Below, piece by piece: positions 9,707 through 19,917 of a stretch of DNA of 64,000 nucleotides. The translations under genes were made by a program, and so were the position numbers. This stretch comes from Alphaproteobacteria bacterium (GTDB lineage Bacteria; Pseudomonadota; Alphaproteobacteria; Sphingomonadales; Sphingomonadaceae), in NCBI GenBank assembly GCA_037190625.1, contig JBBCJP010000008.1:716-64715 (forward strand). Direction: 5' to 3'. Numbering within the stretch: the stretch's first letter is position 1; every line of letters begins with the position of its first letter. The notes beneath the pieces are model-generated. The model was not told the DNA's origin and did not search any database. It worked only from the letters and a program-made list of their open reading frames with translations.

Positions 9707-10741
9707 ATGAGTCTGATCCTCGGCATCGAATCGAGCTGCGACGAGACGGCGGCGGCGCTGGTGACGTCCGACCGGCGCATCCTCGCGCACCGGCTTGCCG
9801 GACAGGAAGAGGCGCACCGGCCTTATGGCGGGGTGGTGCCTGAAATCGCCGCGCGCGCGCATGTCGAGATATTGCCGAGTTTGATCGAGGAGGTGCTGGC
9901 GGAAGGGGGCGTGACGCTGGCCGAGGTGGACGCGATCGCGGCGACCGCCGGGCCCGGCCTGATCGGCGGCGTGATGGTCGGCCTCGTCACCGCCAAGGGC
10001 CTGGCGCTGGCGAGCGGCAAGCCGCTGGTGGCTGTCAACCATCTCGAGGCGCATGCGCTGTCGCCGATGCTGGACGCGCCGGACCTCGCTTTTCCCTACC
10101 TGCTGCTGCTCGTCTCGGGCGGCCATTGCCAGCTGCTCTTCGTCGAGGGCGTGGGCCGCTATCGCCGGCTTGCCACGACGATCGACGATGCGGCGGGCGA
10201 GGCGTTCGACAAGACGGCGAAGCTGCTCGGCCTCGGCTATCCGGGCGGGCCGGCGGTGGAGCGCGTCGCGCAGGCGGGCGATCCGCGCGCCGTGCCGCTG
10301 CCGCGCCCGCTGGTCGGCTCGGACGAGCCGCATTTCTCCTTCGCCGGGCTCAAGAGCGCCGTGCTGCGTGCACATGAGACGGGTCGCTACGGCGATGCCG
10401 ATCTCGCCGCCTCCTTCCAGCAGGCGGTGGTCGATTGCCTGCTGGACCGCACCGCGCGCGCGATCTCCGCCGCACCGGGCGCCACCGCCCTGGTCGTCGC
10501 CGGCGGGGTCGCGGCTAATCAGGCGATCCGTAGCGCGCTCACCGATCTGGCGCACGGCCACGATCTGCCCTTCGTCGCGCCGCCGCTCTGGCTGTGCACC
10601 GACAATGCGGCGATGATCGGCTGGGCGGGCGCGTTGCGCTTCGAACGGGGGCTGATCGATGGGCTGGACGCGCCGGCGCGCGCGCGCTGGCCGCTCGATC
10701 CGGATGCGGAAAAAGCGCGGGGCGCGGGGGTGAAGGCATGA
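9707..10741 (+). CDS. tsaD: tRNA threonylcarbamoyladenosine transferase TsaD
   Basis: LGIESSCDETAAA, VNHLEAH, LLVSGGH, DDAAGEAFDK, CTDNAAMI. Confidence 0.97.
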   Translation: MSLILGIESSCDETAAALVTSDRRILAHRLAGQEEAHRPYGGVVPEIAARAHVEILPSLIEEVLAEGGVTLAEVDAIAATAGPGLIGGVMVGLVTAKGLALASGKPLVAVNHLEAHALSPMLDAPDLAFPYLLLLVSGGHCQLLFVEGVGRYRRLATTIDDAAGEAFDKTAKLLGLGYPGGPAVERVAQAGDPRAVPLPRPLVGSDEPHFSFAGLKSAVLRAHETGRYGDADLAASFQQAVVDCLLDRTARAISAAPGATALVVAGGVAANQAIRSALTDLAHGHDLPFVAPPLWLCTDNAAMIGWAGALRFERGLIDGLDAPARARWPLDPDAEKARGAGVKA

Positions 10742-11715
10742 GAATCGGGGTTATCGGGGCCGGCGCCTGGGGGACGGCGCTGGCGCAGGTCGCGGCGGAT
10801 GCGGGCGACGATGTGCTGATCTGGGCGCTGGAGGACGAGGTGGTCGCGTCGATCAACGCCGCCCACGAAAACGCCCTCTATTTGCCGGGCCAGAAGCTCA
10901 GCCCCTCGCTGCGCGCCACTGGCGATCTCGCCGATCTGGCCGACCGGGAGGCCGTGCTGGTCGTGACGCCCGCCCAGCATCTCCGGCGGGTGCTGGATCG
11001 CATGCCCGTCGCCCGCGTCCCGCTGGTGCTCTGCTCCAAGGGGATCGAGGAGGGCAGCGGCAAGCTGATGACCGAGGTCGCGGCCGAAGCACAGCCGGAC
11101 GCGCCGATCGCGGTGCTGTCCGGCCCCTCCTTCGCGGACGAGGTGGCGAAGGGCTTGCCGGCGGCACTCACTCTGGCCACGGCCGATCCCGCGCTTGGCG
11201 ACCGGCTCGTAGCCCGCCTCGGTCGGCCGCATTTCCGGACCTATTATTCCGATGACGTGATCGGCGCGGAGGTGGGCGGCGCGGTCAAGAACGTGATCGC
11301 CATCGCCTGCGGTGTGGTGGAGGGGCTGGGGCTTGGTCTCAACGCCCGCGCGGCCCTGATCGCGCGGGGCTTCGCGGAAATGACCCGTTTCGGGCTCGCC
11401 AAGGGCGCGCGGGCGGAGACGCTGGCGGGGCTGGCCGGGCTCGGCGATCTCGTGCTGACCTGCTCGTCGACCAGCTCGCGCAATTTCAGCCTCGGCAAGG
11501 GGCTGGGCGAAGGCCGCTGTGCCGCCGATCTGCTCGCCGACCGGCGGACTGTGGCGGAAGGCGCCTTCACCGCGCCGGTGCTGCGCCAGGCGGCGGCCGA
11601 TCTCGATGTCGACATGCCGATCGTCGAGGCGGTCTGCGCATTGCTCGCCGACGTGCCGGTGCAATCGGTGGTTTCGGACCTGCTCGCCCGCCCGCTGCGC
11701 AGCGAGGGCGTCTAG
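10738..11715 (+). CDS. gpsA: NAD(P)H-dependent glycerol-3-phosphate dehydrogenase
   Basis: GAGAWGTALA, LSGPSFA, GGAVKNVIAIA, GLGDLVLTC..SRN. Confidence 0.96.
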   Translation: MRIGVIGAGAWGTALAQVAADAGDDVLIWALEDEVVASINAAHENALYLPGQKLSPSLRATGDLADLADREAVLVVTPAQHLRRVLDRMPVARVPLVLCSKGIEEGSGKLMTEVAAEAQPDAPIAVLSGPSFADEVAKGLPAALTLATADPALGDRLVARLGRPHFRTYYSDDVIGAEVGGAVKNVIAIACGVVEGLGLGLNARAALIARGFAEMTRFGLAKGARAETLAGLAGLGDLVLTCSSTSSRNFSLGKGLGEGRCAADLLADRRTVAEGAFTAPVLRQAAADLDVDMPIVEAVCALLADVPVQSVVSDLLARPLRSEGV

Positions 11716-11879
11716 AAATCCCAGCAGATGCCCTTGTTCTCCCAGTCGCCATAGCGGGTGGGCTCCTTGCCCTTGGGGCCGCCATGTTCCTCGGCGGACG
11801 GCGCCTCCTCCGGCGCCGGCACGGGCGGGCTCTTGGAGAGATAAGCTGGCGGTTTCACGTGCGCGGGGCGTTCGGCCAT
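11712..11879 (-). CDS. DUF1674 / SDHAF4-like small protein
   Basis: EHGGPKGKEPTRYGDWENKGICWDF signature; start ATG 11879. Confidence 0.9.
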   Translation of the reverse strand: MAERPAHVKPPAYLSKSPPVPAPEEAPSAEEHGGPKGKEPTRYGDWENKGICWDF

Positions 11880-11890
11880 CGGAGTTCCAT

Positions 11891-11918
11891 TTGAAAAACG
11901 GTCGTCTTCCCCCCACAT
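11891..11918 (+). promoter_or_regulatory. Candidate RpoH (sigma32) promoter for htpX
   Basis: TTGAAA-N14-CCCCACAT, 27 nt before the htpX ATG; htpX is a known heat-shock gene. Confidence 0.65.
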
Positions 11919-11945
11919 TTCGGACGAGGAGGACGTTTAGGCAAG

Positions 11946-12872
11946 ATGAGCTTTTTCAGGACGATGTTGCTGCTGGCGGCGTTGACCGCCCTGTTCATGG
12001 GCCTGGGCTACACGATCGGCGGATCGGGCGGCGCGATCATCGCGCTCGTGATCGCGGCCGGCATGAACTTCTTCACCTACTGGAATGCCGACAAGATCGT
12101 GCTGCGCATGCACAATGCGCGCGAGGTGGATGCCCGCGCGGCGCCGCAGCTCCACGGCATCGTGCGCGAGTTGGCGACGCGCGCCAACATGCCTATGCCG
12201 AAAGTCTATCTGATCGACGAACAGCACCCGAACGCCTTCGCGACGGGGCGCAATCCGCAGAACGCCGCCGTCGCCGCCACCACGGGCCTGCTGCGCATCC
12301 TCGACCATGACGAGGTCGCGGCGGTGATGGCGCACGAGCTCGCCCATGTGAAGAATCGCGATACCCTCGTGATGACGATGACCGCGACGATCGCCGGCGC
12401 GATCGCGATGCTCGCCAATTTCGGCCTCTTCTTCCGGGGCAACGGCAACCAGAACATGATCGCGACCTTGCTCGCGGTCTTCGTCGCGCCCTTCGCGGCG
12501 ATGCTGGTCCAGCTCGCGATCAGCCGGACGCGCGAATATGGCGCGGATCGCGGCGGCGCGGAGATTCACGGCAATCCCCGCGCGCTCGCCTCGGCGCTCG
12601 CCAAGCTGGCACAGGGGGCTCAGCGCATTCCCAATCCGGTCGCGGCGCGCAATCCGGCGGCTTCGGCGCTCTACATCGTGCCCGGCCTCGCCCGTGGCGG
12701 CGATTCGATGTTCTCGACCCATCCGGCGACCGAGAACCGCATCGCCGCGCTGGAAGCGATGACGCGCGAGCCCGGCTTCGCGAAGGTCGCGGCGCCGCGT
12801 GAAACAACGGGGCTGGACCGCGAGCGCACCGTGCGCGTGTCGTCGCTCAATCCGCACGGACGGCGGGACTGA
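11946..12872 (+). CDS. htpX: Zinc metalloprotease HtpX
   Basis: [17 protein letters not shown] zinc motif, [13 protein letters not shown]. Confidence 0.96.
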   Translation: MSFFRTMLLLAALTALFMGLGYTIGGSGGAIIALVIAAGMNFFTYWNADKIVLRMHNAREVDARAAPQLHGIVRELATRANMPMPKVYLIDEQHPNAFATGRNPQNAAVAATTGLLRILDHDEVAAVMAHELAHVKNRDTLVMTMTATIAGAIAMLANFGLFFRGNGNQNMIATLLAVFVAPFAAMLVQLAISRTREYGADRGGAEIHGNPRALASALAKLAQGAQRIPNPVAARNPAASALYIVPGLARGGDSMFSTHPATENRIAALEAMTREPGFAKVAAPRETTGLDRERTVRVSSLNPHGRRD

Positions 12873-14077
12873 GCCGCGCCGATCCGCCGGGCACGCCCGC
12901 GCGGCGTGCCGCGCTGCGCCTGCTCGATGCGGTGCTGCGCAAGGGGCTGCCGCTCGAGGCGGCGCTCGACGGCGCGGCGCGCGATCTCGACAAGAGCGAG
13001 GACAGGGCATTGGCCCATGCCATCGTGGCGGAAGCGCTGCGCCGCCTGCCCGATCTCGATGCGCTGATTGATCGCGCGACGAAGCAGCGTCTGCCGGACG
13101 ATGCCAAGGCCCGCTTCGCGCTCCGTATCGCGTTGGTTCAGGCGCTGCGGCTCGGCACGCCGCCCCATGCCGCTATCTCCACCGTGCTGCCGCTGGTCGA
13201 CGGCGGTCCGCGCAAGCTGGTCCACGGCGTATTCGGGACGGCGATGCGCGGCGGCTGGGCGCTGCCGGACGTGCCGACGCTGCCCGATCCGGTCGCGATG
13301 CGCTGGCACAGCGCCTGGGGCGATGACGTGGTTGCCGCCGCATCCCGTCTGATCGCCACGCCGCCGCCCATCGATCTCGCCTTCGCGCCGGAGGATGCGC
13401 CGGATGTGGAAGGGCTCAGCCTGATGCCCGGCCATCTGCGCCTGCCGCGCGGCACCGATGTCGCCGCCTTGCCCGGCTATGCGGACGGCCGCTGGTGGGT
13501 GCAGGACATTTCCGCCTCGCTGCCGGCACGGATGCTTGGGCCGGGCGAGGGGCGCGCCGTGCTGGACCTGTGCGCGGCGCCGGGCGGCAAGACGATGCAG
13601 CTCGCCGCCGCCGGCTGGCGGGTCACTGCCGTGGATGCCTCGGAAAGTCGCCTCGCGCGACTTTCGGACAATCTCGCCCGCACCGGCCTTCAGGCGGACG
13701 TGATCGCCGCCGATGTGATGACCTGGGCGCCGCCCGGCCCCGTCGATGCGATCCTGCTCGATGCGCCCTGCTCGGCGACCGGCATCTTCCGCCGTCATCC
13801 CGATGTGCTGCACCGCGTGCGCCCGAAGGCGATCGCGGCGCTGGCGGAGGCCCAGCAAGCGATGCTCGCCCGGGCCTCCGGCTGGCTGAAGCCCGGCGGA
13901 ACCCTGGTCTATTCGGTCTGTTCGCTGGAGCCGCAGGAGGGCGAGGAGGTCGCCCGGGCCTTCCGCGAAGCTCAACCCGATTTCGCGCAGGAGGAGGAGC
14001 GGCGCATCCTGCCCGGCGCGCATGAGGAGGCGGGCGGGGCCGACTCCTTCTACCTGACCCGTTTCCGGCGCAATTAG
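12869..14077 (+). CDS. RsmB/NOP-family RNA m5C methyltransferase with NusB-like N-terminus
   Basis: [29 protein letters not shown]. The frame is open upstream to a CTG at 12869 that overlaps the htpX stop; the ORF track starts at 12932. Confidence 0.9.
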   Translation: MSRADPPGTPARRAALRLLDAVLRKGLPLEAALDGAARDLDKSEDRALAHAIVAEALRRLPDLDALIDRATKQRLPDDAKARFALRIALVQALRLGTPPHAAISTVLPLVDGGPRKLVHGVFGTAMRGGWALPDVPTLPDPVAMRWHSAWGDDVVAAASRLIATPPPIDLAFAPEDAPDVEGLSLMPGHLRLPRGTDVAALPGYADGRWWVQDISASLPARMLGPGEGRAVLDLCAAPGGKTMQLAAAGWRVTAVDASESRLARLSDNLARTGLQADVIAADVMTWAPPGPVDAILLDAPCSATGIFRRHPDVLHRVRPKAIAALAEAQQAMLARASGWLKPGGTLVYSVCSLEPQEGEEVARAFREAQPDFAQEEERRILPGAHEEAGGADSFYLTRFRRN

Positions 14078-14138
14078 CCGGGGATAAGTCCGCCCCCTTC
14101 CTTGCTCCCCGACTCGCGGGGGTGCTAGATTCGCCGCC

Positions 14139-14801
14139 GTGCAGCAGCCCGTCCGCATCTCCCCCTCGATCCTCTCGGCCGATTTCGCGCGGCTGGGCGA
14201 GGAGGTGCGCGCGATCGACGAAGCCGGCGCGGACTGGATCCATGTCGATGTGATGGACGGCCATTTCGTGCCCAACATCACGATCGGCCCGGCCGTGGTG
14301 AAGGCGCTGCGGCCCCACACCAAGAAGCCCTTCGACGTCCACCTGATGATCTCGCCGGTGGATTCCTATCTGGAGGCCTTCGCCGAGGCGGGGGCGGACA
14401 CGATCACGGTCCATCCCGAGGCGGGGCCGCATCTCCACCGCACCATCCAGGCGATCAAGGCGCTGGGCAAGCGCGCCGGCGTGTCGCTCAATCCCGCGAC
14501 GCCCGCCAAGATGCTCGATTATGTGCTGGAGGAGCTCGATCTCGTCCTGGTGATGAGCGTCAATCCCGGCTTCGGCGGGCAGAAGTTCATCGAGAGCCAG
14601 CTCCGCAAGATCGAGGCGATCCGCAAGCAGATCGACAAGCTGGGCAAGCCCATCGACCTGGAAGTGGACGGCGGCGTCGACCAGTCCAATTGCCAGCGCG
14701 TGATCGAGGCCGGCGCCGACGCGCTCGTCGCCGGCACCGCTACGTTCAAGGGCGGCCCGGCCGCTTATGCCGACAATATCCGGGCGCTGAGGGGGTCATG
14801 A
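14139..14801 (+). CDS. rpe: Ribulose-phosphate 3-epimerase
   Basis: [37 protein letters not shown]. Confidence 0.97.
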   Translation: MQQPVRISPSILSADFARLGEEVRAIDEAGADWIHVDVMDGHFVPNITIGPAVVKALRPHTKKPFDVHLMISPVDSYLEAFAEAGADTITVHPEAGPHLHRTIQAIKALGKRAGVSLNPATPAKMLDYVLEELDLVLVMSVNPGFGGQKFIESQLRKIEAIRKQIDKLGKPIDLEVDGGVDQSNCQRVIEAGADALVAGTATFKGGPAAYADNIRALRGS

Positions 14802-16543
14802 GCCTGCTCGAGCGGATCGACCCCGATGACGAGCCGGGTGAGATCGAGCAGGGCAAGCGTCTGATCCGGGTCGGCGACGATCGTGGCCTCTCGCTGATCG
14901 AGCGGATGAGCTACCGGCTGCACCGGCTCGCCTGGAAGACGCCGCTGCACAAATTGCGGCTGCGCGGCCGGGTGCCGCTGAAGCTGCTCGCGGTGCCGAA
15001 GGATCCGGTCGCCGGGGAGAAGGCGGCGGGCGAAGCGTTGCTGGAGGGTGTCTTCCTCCACAACGGCCACGAGCTGCCGATCGACGGCGTCGATTTCACC
15101 GCCGCCGGCTTCCCCGAGGATGTCGCGGACTATCTGCAGAGCTTCGCCTGGCTGCGCGACCTCGCTGCCGCCGCGACCCGGGAGCGCGGTGCGAAGATCG
15201 CCGAAAAGGCGATGCGCAAATGGCTCGATGCCTATGGCGAGCATGTCAGCGAGCCGGCCTGGCGCGCCGATCTTTGGGGCCGGCGCATCCTCTTCTGGAC
15301 GGCCTATGCGCCCTACATCCTGTCCAGCAGCGACATCGTCTATCGTTCGTCGGTGCTCTACGCGCTGGCGCGCGGCGCCCGCCATCTCGATCGCGGCGCG
15401 GACAAGGTGCCGCCCGGCCTGCCGCGCGTCACCGCCTGGTGCGGAGTCATCGCCGCCGCTTTGGTCGTCCAGGGCGGGCCGGCGCGCCTCCGATCGGGCG
15501 AGGCGGGATTGACCCGCGCGCTCGCCGTCTCGCTGCACGAGGATGGCGGCCTGATCAGCCGCGCGCCCATCGAGCAGCTTGCGCTCGTCGAGACGCTCGC
15601 CCAATTGCGCTCCGCCTATATCGCCGCGCGCCGCGAGGTGCCGGACTGGCTCGGCGAGGCGCTGGCCGGGACGGTCGGCGCCCTGCTCGCGGTCACGCTC
15701 GGCGACGATGCGCTGTCCTCCTGGCAGGGCGGCAACATGGTCCGCCGGCGCCGGGTGCTCGCCGCCGTGGAGGCTTCCGCCGTCACTTCGCGGGCGCTGC
15801 GCCAGGCGCGCGGCTGGGGCTATCAGCGGCTCCAGTGCAAGCAGAGCGTGCTGGTGTTCGACGCCGCGCCGCCGCCGCCGCCCCGTGCGCTCTCGGGCGG
15901 CTGCGCCTCCACGCTCGCCTTCGAATTCTCGGACGGCGAATCGCGCCTCATCGTCAATTGCGGCGGCGAGGGCGCGGCCAAGGGCACTCTGCCCGAAGTG
16001 CTGGCCAGCGGCCTTCGCACCACCGCCGCCCATTCCACCCTGACATTGGCCGACCGCAACTCGACCGCGATCCACGAGGACGGCTCGCTCGGCAAGGGCG
16101 TCGGCGCGGTCGAAATGTCGCGCGACCAGACCGCCGGCATCGCCCGGGTGGAGGCGACGCATGACGGCTATGCCAGGCGCTACGGCCTGATCCACGAGCG
16201 CCGATTGGTCCTCTCGCCGGACGGGCGCCAGCTCACCGGCGAGGACATCCTCCATCCCGCGCCCAAGCGCCGCCGCCGGAACGAGCCGGTGCCCTTCGCA
16301 GTCCGCTTCCATCTCGCCCCCGCCGTCGAGGTGACGGCGACCGCCGACGGGCAGGGCGCGCTGCTGCGCATCCGGGGCGGCGCCGTCTGGCAGTTCCGCT
16401 GCCGGGGCGGCCAGCTCATGGTCGAGGACAGCCTCTGGATCGACGGCCGGACGCAGCCGCAGGCCACGCTGATGCTCGCCATCGCCGGCGAGACTCCGGC
16501 GGACGGCATGACCATCTCCTGGGAGATGAAGCGGGCGAGCTGA
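14798..16543 (+). CDS. Heparinase II/III-family protein
   Basis: HASTL-like [29 protein letters not shown] and HDGY motifs; rpe-X-purH position. Confidence 0.8.
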   Translation: MSLLERIDPDDEPGEIEQGKRLIRVGDDRGLSLIERMSYRLHRLAWKTPLHKLRLRGRVPLKLLAVPKDPVAGEKAAGEALLEGVFLHNGHELPIDGVDFTAAGFPEDVADYLQSFAWLRDLAAAATRERGAKIAEKAMRKWLDAYGEHVSEPAWRADLWGRRILFWTAYAPYILSSSDIVYRSSVLYALARGARHLDRGADKVPPGLPRVTAWCGVIAAALVVQGGPARLRSGEAGLTRALAVSLHEDGGLISRAPIEQLALVETLAQLRSAYIAARREVPDWLGEALAGTVGALLAVTLGDDALSSWQGGNMVRRRRVLAAVEASAVTSRALRQARGWGYQRLQCKQSVLVFDAAPPPPPRALSGGCASTLAFEFSDGESRLIVNCGGEGAAKGTLPEVLASGLRTTAAHSTLTLADRNSTAIHEDGSLGKGVGAVEMSRDQTAGIARVEATHDGYARRYGLIHERRLVLSPDGRQLTGEDILHPAPKRRRRNEPVPFAVRFHLAPAVEVTATADGQGALLRIRGGAVWQFRCRGGQLMVEDSLWIDGRTQPQATLMLAIAGETPADGMTISWEMKRAS

Positions 16544-16552
16544 CTTTTCCTT

Positions 16553-16638
16553 CGTCACCCTGAACTTGTTTCAGGGTCCATTTTCTCATGTGTCGCTCCA
16601 GTCTCCGAAATGGATGCTGAAACAAGTTCAGCATGACG
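16553..16638. repeat. CGTC-ended palindromic (REP/MITE-like) element
   Basis: Arms CGTCACCCTGAACTTGTTTCAG (16553-16574) and CTGAAACAAGTTCAGCATGACG (16617-16638) are near-perfect inverted repeats. Confidence 0.85.
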
Positions 16639-16674
16639 TTATGGGGGTCGCGTTTCCATCATGAAGGACCCTCC

Positions 16675-18264
16675 ATGACCGACGTGAAAGTCACGCGCGC
16701 GCTTCTGTCCGTTTCCGACAAGACCGGGCTGGCCGAGCTGGGCCAGGCGCTCGCCCGCCACAATGTCGAGCTGGTCTCGACCGGCGGGACGGCCAAAGCG
16801 CTGCGCGACGCGGGGCTCGACGTGCAGGACATTTCGGACCTGACCGGCTTTCCCGAGATGATGGACGGGCGGGTCAAGACGCTCCACCCCAAGGTCCATG
16901 GTGGCCTGCTCGCGGTGCGCGACGATCCCGCCCATGCGACCGCGATGGCCGATCACGGCATTGGCGCGATCGATCTGGTCGTGGTCAATCTCTATCCGTT
17001 CGCCGCCACCGTCGCGAAGGGTGCGGATCGGGACGAAATCATCGAGAATATCGATATCGGCGGCCCCTCCATGGTGCGCTCCGCCGCCAAGAACCATGCC
17101 TATGTCGGCATCGTCACCGATCCGGCCGATTATGCGGAGATCATCGCCGCGCTCGACGAAAGCGGCGGCATGACGTCGCTGGACCTGCGCCGGCGCCTTG
17201 CCGCCAAGGCCTATGCCGCCACGGCGGAATATGACGCGATGATCGCCTCCTGGTTCGCCTTCGCCGATCAGGGGCAGATGTTCCCGCCGCGCCTCAGTGT
17301 GCCGTTCAAGCTGGGCCAGAGCCTGCGCTATGGCGAGAATCCGCATCAGAGCGCCGCGCTTTATCTGCCGGCTTTCGCGCCGGGCGGCAGCCTCGCCGAT
17401 CACCGGCAGGTGCAGGGCAAGGAGCTGTCCTACAATAATCTCAATGATGCCGACGCGGCGCTGGAGCTGGTCGGCGAGTTCCGCGATGCCGACCCGACCT
17501 GCGTGATCGTCAAGCATGCCAATCCCTGCGGTGTCGCCACCGCCGCCACGCTGGCGGAAGCCTATAAGGCCGCCTTCGAATGCGACAGCGTCTCGGCCTT
17601 CGGCGGCATCGTCGCGCTCAACCGTCCGCTCGACGGCGCGACCGCCGAGGCGATCGCCGGTATCTTCACCGAAGTCGTCGCCGCGCCCGAGGCGGACGAA
17701 GACGCGCTCGCCATCTTCGCGAAGAAGAAGAATCTGCGCCTGATCCTCACCGGCCCGCTGGGTGATCCCGCGCGGGGCGGGATCATGCTGAAGACGATCG
17801 CCGGCGGGGCGCTCGTCCAGTCGCGCGACAACGGCATCGTCACCCGCGACCAGCTCAAGGTGGTGACGAAGCGCGCGCCGACGGAGCAGGAACTGGCCGA
17901 TTGCCTGTTCGCCTGGAAAGTCGCCAAGCATGTGAAATCGAACGCCATCGTCTATGCCAAGGACGGATCGACCGCCGGCATCGGCGCGGGCCAGATGAAC
18001 CGGCTCGAATCCGCGCGCATCGCCGCCTGGAAGGCGAAGGACGCGGCGGAGAAAGCGGGCTGGGCGCAGCCGCGCACGATCGGCTCGGCGGTGGCGTCGG
18101 ACGCCTTCTTCCCCTTCGCCGACGGCCTGCTCGCCGCGGTCGAGGCGGGAGCGACGGCCGTGATCCAGCCCGGCGGCTCGATCCGCGACGAGGAGGTGAT
18201 CGCCGCTGCGGACGAGGCTGGCCTCGCGATGGTCTTCACCGGGATGCGCCATTTCCGGCACTAG
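16675..18264 (+). CDS. purH: Bifunctional AICAR transformylase / IMP cyclohydrolase
   Basis: [43 protein letters not shown]. Confidence 0.98.
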   Translation: MTDVKVTRALLSVSDKTGLAELGQALARHNVELVSTGGTAKALRDAGLDVQDISDLTGFPEMMDGRVKTLHPKVHGGLLAVRDDPAHATAMADHGIGAIDLVVVNLYPFAATVAKGADRDEIIENIDIGGPSMVRSAAKNHAYVGIVTDPADYAEIIAALDESGGMTSLDLRRRLAAKAYAATAEYDAMIASWFAFADQGQMFPPRLSVPFKLGQSLRYGENPHQSAALYLPAFAPGGSLADHRQVQGKELSYNNLNDADAALELVGEFRDADPTCVIVKHANPCGVATAATLAEAYKAAFECDSVSAFGGIVALNRPLDGATAEAIAGIFTEVVAAPEADEDALAIFAKKKNLRLILTGPLGDPARGGIMLKTIAGGALVQSRDNGIVTRDQLKVVTKRAPTEQELADCLFAWKVAKHVKSNAIVYAKDGSTAGIGAGQMNRLESARIAAWKAKDAAEKAGWAQPRTIGSAVASDAFFPFADGLLAAVEAGATAVIQPGGSIRDEEVIAAADEAGLAMVFTGMRHFRH

Positions 18265-18282
18265 GTGCCCCTGGCAAGCACT

Positions 18283-18367
18283 GCCGTTCGCCCTGAGCCT
18301 GTCGAAGGGCTGTCCTTCTTGCAGCAAAAGAGAAGGAAAGGGCTTCGACAAGCTCAGCCCGAACGGC
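18283..18367. repeat. Palindromic REP-like element between convergent genes
   Basis: GCCGTTCGCCCTGAGCCTGTCGAAG (18283-18307) inverted to CTTCGACAAGCTCAGCCCGAACGGC (18343-18367), with an internal hairpin. Confidence 0.85.
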
Positions 18368-18381
18368 TGAGGGGTTCCGGA

Positions 18382-19917
18382 TCAGCCGCCCTTCGCGCCC
18401 GGCGTAGGCAGCGCCGGCTCCTCGTCGCCGTGGCGGCGGAAGAGCACGCGGTCCTCGTGGGTGAAGCCGCGCAGCCAGATCACCAGCCCGAAGGCGAACA
18501 GGATGGCGGGGATGCCGAAGGCGAGCTCCACCCACTCATAAGCGGGCGGCACCTGCAGGAAGGCGAAGCCGACGATGACCGCCGCCGCCGCCGCCCAGAT
18601 GAGCGGCCAGCGCCAGCCCTGCACCGGTGCGCCGAGCAGGTGGGCGAGCAGGTTGGACTTCAGCACCGAGGCGAGGCCGAGCGCCAGCATCAGCGCGATC
18701 GCCGCGCCCGCCGTCTGGAAGGCTTCCGACCAGCCCAGCGCGCGCATGGCGAGGATGATGCCGACGGTCAGCACCGCCTGCACGGCGAGCATCAGCATGG
18801 AGATCAGCAGGTTGCGGTGCCGCGCGACATAGACCAGAGCCGCCTCCGACACCGCCGCCGTGGCCGCGATCACTTCGGCGGCGAGCAGGAAGGCCAAAGC
18901 CGCCGTGCCGCCGACGAAGGCGCCGCCCGGCCCGACCAGGCCCATCACGGCCTCGCCCGGAATGCCGAGCGCGAGGCCGATGCCGGCCTGTGCGGCGATG
19001 ATCCAGAAACCGACCTGCCGCACCTGTTTCGCCACCGCCTTGCGGTCATCCTCGGCAAGCTTCTGGGTGATGACCGGGGCGAGGATCGGATCGAAGCTGG
19101 TCTTGAGCTTCTGCGGCAGCGAAGCGACCTGCTGCGCGACATAATAGACGCCGACCCAGTAGGGCGCGACGAACAGGCCGAGGATCGCGATGTCGAGCCG
19201 GCGCGATCCCCATTCGATCGCATCGGCGGCGGCGAGGGGGATATTGCGCCGCGCCACTGCCATCAGCTCGGCCGGGCGCGGTTTCCAGCCGCGCGGCAGG
19301 CCGTAGCTGCGCCCCAGCCGCCAGAAGGCGGTCGCGAGCCCGGCCGCGATCGACACGACATAGGCGATGATCAGGCCGTCGCGCGAAGACACGAAGATCA
19401 GTAGGCCGGCGGCGATGCTGATCGTCCAGGGCTCGACGATGGCGCGGACATGCACCGTGGACGCGACGTCATGGCGATAGGCGAGCGCGGCGAGCGCCAC
19501 GTCCGCCCCGGCAATGCCGAAGATGACGAGGGGCAGCAGCCATTCCGCGCCGCGTATGTCGCCGGACGGGAACATCGCCTGCGGGAAGGCCATCAGGATC
19601 AGGCTTGCGGCGGTCGAGGCGATGAAGGCGGCGAGCAGGCCGTCCCAGACGATCCAGACATGGGGCCGATCGGTATTGGCAAGCTGCTGGGCGAGCCCGC
19701 GCTTCAGCCCGATCGTGGCGAGCTGCGCGGCCAGTTCGATGACGATGATCGCATAGGCGAAGCGGCCGAGCAGCTCCGGCCCGTAATAATGGCCGGCGAT
19801 GAACAGGAAGGGCAGCCGCGCGGCGAGCCGCAGCAGGAAACCGAAGAAATTGGTCCGCCCGCCCTTTGCGAGCGCGGCGATGTCCTGATCGGGGGCCGCT
19901 TTGGCCGCCTCGGTCAA
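18382..19917 (-). CDS. Polysaccharide flippase / MOP (Wzx-like) exporter
   Basis: About 13-14 hydrophobic segments, LGPELLGRFAY and GVYYVAQQ pattern. Confidence 0.75.
   Translation of the reverse strand: MTEAAKAAPDQDIAALAKGGRTNFFGFLLRLAARLPFLFIAGHYYGPELLGRFAYAIIVIELAAQLATIGLKRGLAQQLANTDRPHVWIVWDGLLAAFIASTAASLILMAFPQAMFPSGDIRGAEWLLPLVIFGIAGADVALAALAYRHDVASTVHVRAIVEPWTISIAAGLLIFVSSRDGLIIAYVVSIAAGLATAFWRLGRSYGLPRGWKPRPAELMAVARRNIPLAAADAIEWGSRRLDIAILGLFVAPYWVGVYYVAQQVASLPQKLKTSFDPILAPVITQKLAEDDRKAVAKQVRQVGFWIIAAQAGIGLALGIPGEAVMGLVGPGGAFVGGTAALAFLLAAEVIAATAAVSEAALVYVARHRNLLISMLMLAVQAVLTVGIILAMRALGWSEAFQTAGAAIALMLALGLASVLKSNLLAHLLGAPVQGWRWPLIWAAAAAVIVGFAFLQVPPAYEWVELAFGIPAILFAFGLVIWLRGFTHEDRVLFRRHGDEEPALPTPGAKGG

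Noticed and set aside
16544-16674. ZTP riboswitch upstream of purH
   Set aside because: The interval is filled by a palindromic repeat and I found no ZTP-motif consensus.
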